64,000 nucleotides of DNA, from NCBI RefSeq assembly GCF_018977255.1, contig NW_024704743.1, forward strand, positions 69,132,001 through 69,196,000, read 5' to 3'. Shown here in pieces: positions 13,357 to 24,883 of the stretch. Origin of the DNA: Callorhinchus milii. Lineage: Eukaryota. The translations under genes and the position numbers were made by a program. Positions within the stretch are counted from its first letter, which is position 1, and every line of letters starts with the position of its first letter. The notes beneath the pieces were generated by a model. The model was not told where the DNA came from and did no database searches. It saw nothing but the letters and a program-made list of their open reading frames with translations.

Positions 13357-13790
13357 ATCACACAGAGGATACAGGTCAAGATCCTGGTCCTCACCTTAAA
13401 AGCCCTCCACCACCTTGCTACCTCTGTGACCCTACCTCTGTGACCTTCTATCGCCCTACCAACCTGAGCGCTCTCTCCGCTCAACAGGATCCGGCTTGCT
13501 TCAGGTTCCCCCGCCTCGCCTGCCCCTCCATTGGCGGGTGGGCCTTCAGCTACTCTGCCCCCAACCCCTGGTACTCCATCCCACAGTCTCTCCGCCTCGC
13601 CCCCTCCCTTGCCTCCTTCAAGATCTGTCTCAAGACCCTCCTCTTCAACCCTCAATTACCCTCCTTCCCCACTACCCTCCATCCGCCCCAATCCTGAACC
13701 CCAGTTCAGGTCCGAAACACTGATTGTCCAGCGACTTGGGACATCCTCCCGATGTGAAAGACGCACAAATATATTTTTGTTATTGTTGTT
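13357..13790 (+). mobile_element. L2 LINE fragment, 3' continuation of the 12475 copy
   Basis: Resumes at cagaggatacaggtcaagatcctgg (QRIQxKIL) and ends in gggacatcctcccgatgtgaaag...ttgttattgttg. Confidence 0.9.
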
Positions 13791-16200
13791 AATAGAGTAA
13801 ATCTAGATCCAGGTGGGATTTTATCCTAATTGTAACAAACTATTAAGCTTGCTTAGTGAGTAGCTGATAAACAAGGAATGATTTATCTGGGAATGTGTAA
13901 TGTTCTATTGAGTTTGATGGATGTTGCTTCTGGCATATGAGTCTACCCTCAGGGAAGTAAAAAAAAATATTCTGAATAATTGCTGTGAACTAATTATAGT
14001 AATAAGTTAATGTCATTTACAGTCTTTACTCCTGATATGTTTTCCTCTTTATTATGATTAGTTCATCATAACATTCCCAAACATCAACCCTTTGCTTATT
14101 CATATAGTAATTTGTATTCAGATCTGTGTTATGCTATTATAGCCTGGGTGTAAATTCCCATTCTACTGGTTACATTTTTCATTTGTAATCGGCTAAACAT
14201 TTAGATTTGCTTTTTTCACAGGTAATACCTTCTCAACATTTTCTCCTGCATTTCATGTGTGAGGCAATGTTTCTGCTACACTGAACTCTCTATTCCATCT
14301 CCTTATTGTACTATTTAAGCTCATTTTGTTTGATTTATCTGTCCTAGTTCCAACCTTCACTTCTTCAATACATCTATTTATTAACATGCATTTGATTAGC
14401 AAGTTGTTATGATAATCTACAGCCATTTTCATGAAGTTAAATATGAATTATTTGCCCTTGAATTATTATGCATAGAATTGTGAATACCTACAGAGAAGAG
14501 TCAAATGTTATCTTGGAACGTAAAACCAGCTTCCGGTCTCAAGTATCAAAATTTGACTTTTTTTTATATTAATCATGATCAACACATTTATTTAAGTTAT
14601 TTAAATTTACATTGATCTAGTGCCTTTCACATCGGGAGTGTGTTTCAAAGCAGCTGACACTAATGGCTGAGTACCTGAGCTGGGGGTGGGAGCGAAGGGG
14701 GTGGGGAGGGAAATGATGACCAAAAGCACAGTCAATATCTTGACTTCAGTGATCTCATCAATTCAATGAGTTCTGCAGTGTAACTGCTATGAAAGGATTA
14801 GAATCAATCTGAAGGCATGTGAAAAAAACATGTTGGTATATATTGAGAAAAGTCTTGTTGAGACTGCCTGCCTTTCTTAGATCTCCTGAAGCATTCTGTT
14901 GCTGTAATAGTGCCACATGTGATTTAGCAGTAAAGACATGACTGCCGGACTTGATGATAGATCTGAAAAAGCACATCTCTAGGATTGAATCACTTGTAAC
15001 TGACCCTTTTCCACTGTTGCAGTAGGAATTCTCTGTGACTTAATCTGTTTTATGTGTTCCATTCCTACTTGGCATTTCAATAGATAACATAGCAAATGTT
15101 GTCAACAAAATATCATTGGTAATATACCATGGATTCAATCAACATTAGATTAAGTGAAGGTCAAACATATTTACTCTTTGAGCCATGGAATATTAGTTTG
15201 TGATGAACATATACAGGGATGGAATCAAGTAAGAAAAATGGAAATGATAGTTGATGAAAGCTCAAGACACAGTTCAAGGGTACATATGCCTTACTTGTTT
15301 TGACACAATATATAGTTTGAACATTTTACCAATATCTGTGATATGAATTGAAATAAATATTTCTGAAAAGCATTTGTGGAATGGGAATCATAAAGCCATT
15401 TTCGTTCAACCTGCCCACTCTAATCTGTCTTTTTTCTAGGCCAGTGTACCTGATAGAATATTGTATTCCCTTCTGCCTCAGCAATAAAATAGGGTCCTTT
15501 AGACTCTTTTTAATCAGGAACTTCCTAATTTATCTCCCATAATAATGCCTCAGATTGTACAATGTGTGTTCAGTAATTGCATTATGTTAAGTGTTATGTC
15601 GTTTGGATGGGAAATCAAGTTATACATTCCAGGGAGATTTCTTTTATAGCTTGTTCAGATCAAAGTGATAGCTGAAGCTTAAAACTATTCTGTGAGAAGC
15701 TCAGTTTGCCATTTTAAAAGTAGCTTTACTACTGAGCTCAGAATCATGGGTTGGGTTTTGAAGAGCATAAGGGATTTAAATTTGTCTTTCTGTAAGCCTA
15801 ACCTTGGCCTTCATGGTTCACGGAGTTCCTTTGATTTTTGAGCAGTTTTCTGGTGCCCTTCTGCCTTGTTGTATTATCTACATCAACTTATGAATTAAAT
15901 TCCTTTTTATTAAATGTATGCTGTGAACATGCAAATCATTCAACTGTTTTACATATTTTCTTAGGGTTGCATAAAGTCATACAATTTTAAAATATATTTT
16001 CTTGCACATGCCTACCTACCTGTGACACGGGCATCCTGAAATGAAATAAAGGTGTACGCCCTCAAAGAAATTATTAGACATGTCTTAACTGACACTATAT
16101 TGGGATGCATTTCATTGTCAAAGATACATTCCATTGTCAATGAGAGTAAATGAGTAATGGATGGTAATGAATATGAGAAAAGCAGGAAAAAANCACTAAC

Positions 16201-16227
16201 CTTAACACTACACAGATGCAGCAGCAT
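16201..16227 (-). CDS. HECW1: HECW1/NEDL1 first coding segment (MLLHLCSVK), part of a 58-nt exon 16201-16258
   Basis: Minus strand reads ttttcccAG|GATTTGATGTGCTTGCAGTTAGTGAGTCATT ATG CTG CTG CAT CTG TGT AGT GTT AAG|GTTAGT. The peptide matches the N-terminus of human HECW1 as I recall it. The phase-0 donor joins in frame to NLYQNRF in the next exon. Confidence 0.95.
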
Positions 16228-16252
16228 AATGACTCACTAACTGCAAGCACAT
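16208..16252 (-). promoter_or_regulatory. Overlapping upstream ORF (MCLQLVSHYAAASV*) out of frame with the HECW1 start
   Basis: ATG at -25 (16252-16250), open to TAG at +18..+20 (16210-16208), wholly inside the 58-nt exon. Translation is not demonstrated. Confidence 0.65.
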
Positions 16253-16258
16253 CAAATC
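16228..16258 (-). other. HECW1: 5'UTR portion (31 nt) of the HECW1 start-codon exon
   Basis: Pyrimidine-rich acceptor ...ACCTTTTCCCAG (AG at 16260-16259) lies 31 nt upstream of the ATG. An internal CAG/TAG could be an alternative acceptor. Confidence 0.8.
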
Positions 16259-16921
16259 CTGGGAAAAGGTTAATGAGATTACTCAGTATTGGGTTCATGG
16301 CACAAATTACAACAATTACATTTAAATGACGTTGGTACGCACAAGTTACACACAAATCACTTTTAAATTAATTGTTTATAAAACACATTGAACTGAAAAT
16401 GAATAAGCAAAATGAAATTCCAAAATTTGACACTGTAGCTGTCAGATTTCAATGGGAGTAAATACGAGCTGAAAGGCAAACAGTCGCAGAGATTAAAATC
16501 ATCACCCAAAATCATAAATAATGAATAAAGACTGAAGCAAGTCTGAACTTTGACACATTTATTGGAAAGCAAAGTGCAAAAACCTTTTTTGGACCAATAC
16601 TACTGTGGTCAACACTTTCAGTGAACATTCAGTCAATGTTTACAGGGTGAAATGATGGGAGACAGCAGAGACAGATGAATCATCTGTGTTCGGCATTGTT
16701 CTCAGCAGTCCTACCCCCTCAGACTCCTGATTGCAGTAAGACATGTTTACTGAACAAAACATGTTTAGTGAAACAGATAGAAAAATTACTAATTTCATTT
16801 AGTTAAAGCCTAAGAACAAATGAGCATGTGTTGAAAAGTGTTCACTTAACTCTAGATTCTGGTCTGTAGCCAATGAGTTTAACAAAGGGATTTTTTTTAA
16901 ATGATCATTTCACAGTGAGAG

Positions 16922-17256
16922 CATAGGTGGCAGGTGGTTAGGGCTAGAGGGGCTCAGTCCCCACCCCAAAAAAACGTCTATCTACAGCCACCTCTTTAAA
17001 GGGAGCTGGGAGGGGAAAGCCCTGAGGAGAAACAAAGCAATTCTTCTGAGCAGCCCCAACCCACGGCCCCCTCTTCCAATTTGTCGCCCATTCACTTCCC
17101 GTCTGGAGAGCTCTTTGTTAGGGCATCCTCACCTCTGATTTCCCGATGGATGTATCAGTCAAGCCAACAGCTCACCTATCTTAAAGGGGACAGATTCTTT
17201 AACTGAGTTTTACTCAATCCCCCTCCCCCCATGAATATTTTCACCGGTCGCCTATG
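16922..17256. mobile_element. Non-autonomous hAT-type DNA transposon (MITE), 335 bp
   Basis: TIRs CATAGGTGGCAGGTG / CACCGGTCGCCTATG (12/15). Flanking 8-mers AGTGAGAG (16914-16921) and AGTGACAG (17257-17264) match 7/8. Confidence 0.75.
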
Positions 17257-18776
17257 AGTGACAGAAGTAAATAGTAGTGAGGAGTATCCTGCTTGAGAGC
17301 ACATGTGTGCTGTTACTGGCTGCTATATCACAGTGACAGAATGGAATAACAAGGAGGGTGTATCAGCCAAGTAAAATGATTCAGCCCATCAATGCAGAAG
17401 TGATACTGTAATTTAGGAGAATTTTCAGAAACAGTTTACTTTTTGCTAATTTGTGAGGCATCATTTCCCCACAAATTTAAAACACCATGTTTGAATATTT
17501 ATTGACATCATGGTAGTACCCATTGTGGCAATGCTTAGAGTTATTGCCCAATACCTCAGTACTACTATGACAACAACTTGTGTTTATTTAGTGTCCTTCA
17601 GTTGAAATGCTTACTAATCTAGAAATACAAGGAAAATAATCCTGCCACTAAGTATGCACAGTAATAGACCACTTACAAGAGAGGTTCAGATGAAGAAGGC
17701 CCTCCTGCTCATTTGATCTCATTCTTTTAGAATACTAGCCTCACTGTCATCCCATCACAGTGTCAAACTACTTCTTAAATGAGACGAGAGTCCTGACCTT
17801 TACCAGTCTTCCTGCTTATCTGGCCCAGTTATTGAGCCCAGAAATACTTTCTATTGCCTGTCGTAAAAATACTGTTCACAACCCTGAGTCTGTGCCCTCG
17901 TATCTTTCTGTCTGGGCAATTTGCTATGATGAAGTCTGTGAGTAACAACAACTATAACAACAAAAATTCTCGCATTTATAAACCACTCTTCACACAGGAT
18001 AGCATCTCGGGAATTGATAATAACAAGACCAACTAGTGACTATCCTGCTAGGGGGGAGGGGGGATAAGAAGTAAGCCTAATCTTCTTGAGGCTGAGCTGG
18101 CTCCAATGTAATAATCTATTCAAAGGAATATCAGAATGAAGCCCATCTTCTGTGGGGATCTTGGTAGTCCAGTTCCTGAGCCAGTAATGTTGATCATTTA
18201 TTGCCATTCAAGAAATTCCTTGTAGAAGTTACAAACGGATGATACACAGGAGGATGAGAAACATTAAGAATATTTCATGGCATTGATATATAGCTCATAA
18301 CATATAGTGACCCTTGTGCGTGTGAATCCCAGCTAATTTCACCTCCACTCTTCCACACAAAAGCATCCTGCAGATACACAGTGCATATGTAGTCTGGGAA
18401 TGTGGAATGCTTTTATCATATTTTCACACCAGCAATGCAATAGTTATGCAGCTGTAAGGACTGTTAGCTCTTCTATCTCCTCCTCTTGTCAGATATAACT
18501 GATAGAACCAGCTCAGTGCCGAATGAGGGTCTTTACCATTAGTGAGTCACAGAGCTAGAGGTACATTTTAGCTCCGTGAATCAAGGTAAATTATTTAAAC
18601 ACGTGTGCACTTACTGCTCCAGTTCTATACAGATGGTCACAAATATGATAAAATGCCTCAAAACAAGCTCAACAGCCCGGACACGATCACAGGTTTGCTG
18701 CACAGCATGAAAATGTTGAGGACAGGTTTTATTCTGTTCTTTCTTTAAAATGATTTAGAATCTTAGGCAAAGTGCC

Positions 18777-19227
18777 AATAATAATAATAATCCTTGCATT
18801 TGATGTGTCCTGTCACAGGGTTGTGACAAAGATTATCATGTCGACGAGATGTTTCAATGTGCTTCAAAGGTAAAGTGTATTGACCTTGTATTTTGTGGGT
18901 GAACCCGGCAGCCAATTTGCACACAGCAATGTCCCAGAAACAATCATGGAGTGAATGACTAATTTTATTTTGGGGACTTGTTGGTCAGGACACCGGGAGA
19001 AACTTCAATTTCTTATGAATAGTGCCATATTATAGTTAACTTTACCTAAACAGACGGGACCTCGGTTTAATGTTTCATCCAAAGGATGGTACCTTGGCAA
19101 TGCAGCATACCCCCAGCATTTCATTGGAATGTCAGATTAGACTATGTGAATCTAAACCCCAATTTGGGGTTTGAACAAACAACTTTCTGACTCAGAGGCT
19201 AGACTGCTACCACTTGCCAGGCTGACA
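18777..19227 (-). mobile_element. Older tRNA-headed DeuSINE-like element (SacSINE1/AmnSINE-type body)
   Basis: (TAA)n-atccttgcatttgat tail, Deu core ggcagccaatttgcacacagcaatgtccca, body ggacctcggtttaatgtttcatccaaagga, head ttctgactcagagg...gctgacac. Confidence 0.8.
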
Positions 19228-19764
19228 CATACCAGAGTGCAGAGGACAGCTAAAATTGAAACAAGTGAGACAAAGATAAATCAATATGTAGTATCGAGCA
19301 AAACCAAGCTTGGATTTTAAACATTTGTCTGTCCCGACATCCTTCCGATGTGAAAGGCGCTATACAAATGTAATTTGTATTGTATTGTATATATACATTG
19401 TGAGAGAAAAGCGGAGAGATATGGTCCTGAGATAGAATGATGTAAAGAAGATGGTGTGATGAGCCAATGTAGTGAGGTTGCAGGGAGAAGAGAGATTGTC
19501 AAAACAGCATACAAGTTTACAAGGAACAAGAAAAAATTTAGAGAAACAATGCCCATAGTAGCATTGATATGATAGTTTGAATAAGTTGAAAAACAGAGAG
19601 AGAGAGAGATATGTCAGGTGTATCAGCACTGCAACAGTTACTATAGTAGACAGAGAGGAAAGCCCATGCTTGTTGACCATAACATTCATACAAGGCATCC
19701 AGATGACTGTGTGAAAGAGATAGTAGAGAGACTTAGTTATGGAAGCCCAAGGAGAAAGATAAGG

Positions 19765-20625
19765 AACAACAACAATTACAACAAAATTACATTTGTATAG
19801 CACCTTTCACATCGGGAAGACGTCCCAAGGGGCTGGACAATGAGCTGGAAGTCAGAATCAGGGAGGGTGTAGAACAGGAGGGGAAGGAGGGTGATCTAAG
19901 GCATGGATCAAAGAGGAGGGTTTTGAGATGGGTCTTCAAGGAGGCAAGGGAGGGGGCAAGGTGGAGGGACTGCAACTGCAAGATGGAGTTCCAGAGGGTG
20001 GGGTCAGAGTGACTGAAGGCCAGACCGCCAACAGTGGGGGGGGGGGGGGGGGGGGGGGGGGCGGGGGGGGGGGCGTGAAGCAGGTCGGAAGGAGCGGGCT
20101 GGTTGGTGGGGGTTAGGAGGTCGAAGAGGTAGGGAGGAGCAAGGTCATGGAGGGCTTTGAAGGCAAGGACCAGGATCTTGAACTGTATCCTCTGTGCGAT
20201 GGGAAGCAAGTGGAGTTGGGCAAGGATGGGGGTGATAGGGTCACGGATCCTGGTGCGGGACAGGACACAGGCTGCAGAGTTCTGGATGATCCGTATCTGA
20301 AGGGAGGAGTTGGAGAGCCGAAAAGCAAGGAGCTTGCATAGTCAAGCCTGGATGTTATGAATGCATTATGAGGTGGCCTGCGATATGAGACAGTGAGATG
20401 TGAGACGGGCGATGTTGTGGAGGTGGGGAGAAGGCAGAGCGGATCATGGCACGAATATGGAATAGAAAGGACAGGTGAGGGTCAAACGAAACGCCAGGGT
20501 TTTGGACTGGCTTAGTAAGGTGGAGTGTGCCAATCTGGAGAGCCTCGGTCTTGTTGCCATTCAACGGAAGAAAGTTAGCTCTCATCCAGGACTTGGATGT
20601 CTGACAGACATTCTGTCGAGGTTGA
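19765..20625 (-). mobile_element. L2 LINE 3' portion with internal poly-G expansion
   Basis: FLPLNGNKTEAL...NPGVSFDPHLSF...LPIAQRIQFKILVLAFKALHDLAPPYL; tail DVKGAIQM with (CAA)n. Confidence 0.92.
20036..20073. repeat. G26-C-G11 homopolymer tract
   Basis: Read directly from the sequence. Confidence 0.95.
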
Positions 20626-21186
20626 CAATGAAGAGGTTTTGCCAGTAATCGTTGGGAGATATAGAAGCTGAAGGAAGCTGATGGGGAGCAGAACAGTCTG
20701 AGGATATGGAAGTTTTTGGGAGAATGTAGGAGATGAATGGACGATACAGGAGCAGAGAGAGAGACCTGAGGAGAGCAGGACAGTCTTAGAATGTGAGAGC
20801 AGACCAGTCAAGAGGGAAGTCTGAAGGGAGCAGAACAGTCATAGAATCTTGACCTGACCCTTATAATTTGTATAGCTTGATCACCAACACCATTTGTAAT
20901 AAAACCTTGATTCTAATGCTCTACGTTTCGAAATATATCTGTTGTTTAATATCGAACTTGTAAGCTCTTCGGAGGGAAGGGGATGAGTTCGACAAGAGAG
21001 AGAGGTGATGAGTGCAGAGATAAGGGAATAACAGACAAGTCTTTTTCTTGTACACTGTCCAGGTTAGAGATGTTACAACAGCCTCCCATTGGTACAGCAT
21101 CTAAGTACTGAACAAAGTTAGAATTGATAAATAATTTAGAACTATGACAGAAGAACAATATGTTTGGTATCTAACTAAACTGAGAT

Positions 21187-21745
21187 CAACAACAACAACA
21201 ACAACAAGATTACATTTGTATAGCGCCTTTCACGTCGGGAGGACGTCTCAAGGCGCTGGACAGAGTACAGCATTTCAGATCCGAGCTGGGGGGGGGGGGG
21301 GGGGGGGGGAGGGAGAGGAGGGGAAAGGGGTGGCCAATGGCATGAATGAAGAGGAGGGGCTTGAGGAGAGGCTTGAAGGAGGCTAAGGAGGGGGCGAGGC
21401 GGAGTGACTGGGGAATGGAATTCCAGAGGTTGGGGGCAGAGTGGCTGAAGGCTCTCCCACCAATGGTGGGGCGGGTGGGTCGGGGGACGTGGAGCAGGCC
21501 AGAGCCGGCTGAGTGGAGGGAACAGGCGGGTTGGTAGCGGGTTAGGAGGTCGCAGAGGTTGCGTGGAGCGAGGCCATGGAGGGTTTTGTATGCGAGGACC
21601 AGGATCTTGAACTGGATCCTCTGAAAGATAGGGAGCCAATGGAGTCGGGCGAGAGTGGTGGAGATGGACTCATGGAGTTTGGAGGACACGGGCTGCAGAG
21701 TTCTGGATTATCTGCAGCCTGTGGAGGGAGGAGTTGGGAAGGCTG
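21187..21745 (-). mobile_element. L2 LINE 3' portion (contains G22 at 21288-21309)
   Basis: LARLHWLPIFQRIQFKILVLAYKTLHGLAP...TIGGRAFSHSAPNLWNSIPQSLR; (CAA)n tail. Confidence 0.93.
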
Positions 21746-22622
21746 TTTGCATATTCAAGCCTTTCATGCAAGTATTCATTTAGAAGAGGAAGGGCTTGCT
21801 CACACTGGTGGTTTGAGCTGTTTCAGTTCTAGGCAAGCACCTGCTTTAATAAATAAGTTAAAGATGCATACTTAAAAAGTGGCTACCCAACAAAACACAA
21901 ATTTGGACAGACACTGCAAACAGATTCTTCCACTGGCCATTCACAAAACCATCTTTGTACCCAATCTGTGATTTGCATTCTATTCAAAGCACACATTTCT
22001 GACTTTCATAGACATGACAAGACTCATCCCATTTCAATTTTGGTGAGTCTCATTGTTTTTGAGTTCTCTTTTCAGACTCACTTAAAATTTTTAAATTGAT
22101 CACTGCTGTTTGTAGGACCTTGCGGTGCACAAAATGATTGCAGTATTTGCCAACAAACACGTAGCTACCACCCTCGATGGCAATTACACCCACAACACAT
22201 ACAGTCAACTCACTTTACAGTGTATTCTATGAAGCGCTTTGAGATGTCTAGAATAGGTGATAATGCACTATATCAAATGCAAGGAATATTATTATTATAT
22301 TACTTGTGAAGTACTAACATTGAAATATTACATATTACAATGTTATAGGTACTATATAAAATGGGAGTAGTTGGTAGTTTAAAGTCGATTTGGGGCAATG
22401 TTCAGATTGTATTGACACTACACTTGCAGCATAAATCAACTATTAATATTGATTCTCTCGGACACCTGAAACCACCTCAGCAGGTGCAATTGTCCAGTTG
22501 TAGTATAAGACTGATTTATACTGCAGACAACATTATGAATAAATATTTGGTTAAAACTGCCCGTATTTGATAATTAACACCTTTGTTATTTATTGTTGCA
22601 CTTTGTGATGTTTTGTGTGCAA

Positions 22623-22671
22623 TTAACATATCTAGATTCACACTTAACATAACTAGATTCACACTTAACAT
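22623..22671. repeat. 21-bp tandem duplication (about 2.3 copies)
   Basis: ttaacatatctagattcacac / ttaacataactagattcacac / ttaacat. Confidence 0.9.
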
Positions 22672-23960
22672 GGTGTAAGACATTGAACATGGTGGAAGCC
22701 ATTAAATGAACACTAATTTGCAGCCGCTCTTCAAAATGCTTTCAAAGTTGTTCTCCATGGCAACTTTTTGTTTTTTCTACTGCAGCCCCAAGAGAATTTT
22801 GGAAGCAATTTATTTTGGTGTAATTGTTATTTTTTGGGTTGGATCTATTGAAGAGCAGTGTAATGCATTCTTCTCCGGCCCAGAAATGTTTTTCCCCTGC
22901 TCAAGATTGAAGTGTTCGCTAGCCATTAATTAACAAACAATTTTAAATATCACGTCTAAAATTTCTCAGGTGCTTCATCAAACTGCCATAGTTATTGTTC
23001 TGAAAGAGCTGATCATAATCTAATGTATCAACAGTGTGGTTTGGGAGAGCTCTAAGCATTCTTTTAGTTGGTTGGGTACAGAGCTCACGTTAATATGGTT
23101 GGAAATTATTTGAAATTGCTGCCGGCAGTAAACTGATAGGAATAGGAAAGAGCATTTATATTTCCTCCTTCAAATTAACATTCACCAGGGTCTTAGGAGA
23201 GCTCTGAGTTTAATAACCACATGCTTCCATAGAGCTGTGCAGCTGGCACCAAATGTTGGTTGTACATTGAGCTAGGAATGCACTGCGATGTACGGGACCC
23301 TTTGTATAGCATCAATCACCCACTCCCTGCAGGTCTCACTTTCATCAGTTCACAATCCTGAAGACCAGCTCTCACTGTTTTCCAAACCACTACATGGACC
23401 TTGCATGGTTGCTAGGTTCGGTGGCCTTGTTCAACTCCCTAACTACCGTGACAGAGGGTCCCTTCCTTGACAGGCTGCTCCATTTCCCACTTGCTGAGTG
23501 CTTCTAGAAAAGGTGTATACCATCCCTGGAATATCTGAGCACAAAAAAATCTGTTAACTAGCATTAATTCTTTCAATATTCACCTACTGAACCTTTGATC
23601 ATTTTGTGAATGGTGGACATTCATCGTTATTTTTTGCAAAAGAAAAATTGATGGAGGGACTGGAAGATAAAGGCTCTGTGGAAAAAGGCTGAACAATTTG
23701 AAGCATCTCCAATGAAAGAAGATGAACATTATTCCATGTCCAGTCTTTACCAGCAAGAACATCTGACATCCTAGATACAAGCCTCATCCACCCAGCAGTA
23801 ACCATTTCATTGATAATTGTAATAACAATTGTCTTCCTATATAAAAACAATAAAGACCTTTGTTTGAGGTGTGTGAACAGAAGAAGTTTGGCTTGGATAG
23901 TTTAAGATTGTTTAGCGATTTGGTGCCCCCTCTGCACTATGATGAAATAAGGAGAGCAGC

Positions 23961-24294
23961 CTTTGAGACGTCTCAAAGCGCTTCACAGAATAAACTGTAA
24001 AGTGAATTGACTGTATATTTTGTGGGTGAAACGTGGCAGCCAATTGTGCACAGCAGTGTCCCACAAACAGTTGTGGATTGAGTGACCAATTTTATTATTA
24101 TTATTTTTTTGAAGGAATTATTACCCCCGGAAAAGCGATCCGCCAATCGACTAACAACCGAGTTCCTACTTACTGCTAGGTAAACAGAGGCCTGTGGAGT
24201 AAAGAAACTTGCCCAACATTTCCCTTTGCTGGGAATCGAAACCAGGTCTCTCACTGGCAAGGCAAGTCCTCTAATCACTGAGCTACAGGACTCC
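23961..24294 (-). mobile_element. tRNA-derived SINE, long form, 3' tail truncated at a palindrome
   Basis: Head gagctacaggactcc; extra segment ggaaaagcgatccgccaatcgactaacaaccgagttcctacttactgctaggtaaacagagg; Deu core; no (TTA)n tail. Confidence 0.9.
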
Positions 24295-24455
24295 AATCCA
24301 AGGACTAAATTAGTTGATTGAGGTCAGGACAGCAAATTTTAGGTTTGAAATCTATAAAAGATCTACATTTCAAACATTAGCTTTTTTAAAAAGTATTTAA
24401 AAAGCATACAAATGATCTTTACAAAGCACTTTAATTGATATATGGGCTTGATCAT

Positions 24456-24883
24456 CATAATAATAATAATGTCTTGCATTATAAGTGCCTTATCACTTCA
24501 TCTCAAATGGCTTCACAGGATTTACTGTAAAGCTATGCAAATGTGGGTATTGTATGAGTGAATGTGGCAGCCAATTTACACACATCAATGTCCCACAAAC
24601 AGCCATGGAATGAATGACAAATTTTATTTGGGGGATTGATGGGATAAACTCCCATCGCTCATAGTGCCATGGGATGTTTAACGTCCACCTGAACAGGAAG
24701 GCGGGACCTTGATTTAACTTCTCATCCAAAGGATAACACCTCCAACAATGCAACACCTCCAACTCCCAGCTCTCCATTGGAGTGTCAGCATAAACTATAT
24801 GGTTTCCAGGTCCTCACATGGGGCTTGAACCCACAACCTTCTGAATCAGAGGTAAAAGTACTACCAACTGGGCCAGCATGACA
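24456..24883 (-). mobile_element. Older tRNA-headed DeuSINE-like element
   Basis: Same architecture as 18777; B-box-like GGTTCAAGCC on the minus strand. Confidence 0.85.

Larger units (their letters stand above)
7484..16200 (-). other. HECW1: HECW1 intron between the two coding exons (8,717 nt, GT-AG)
   Basis: GTTAGT at 16200 and TTTCAG ending at 7484; frame is continuous across the join (K|N). Confidence 0.92.
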
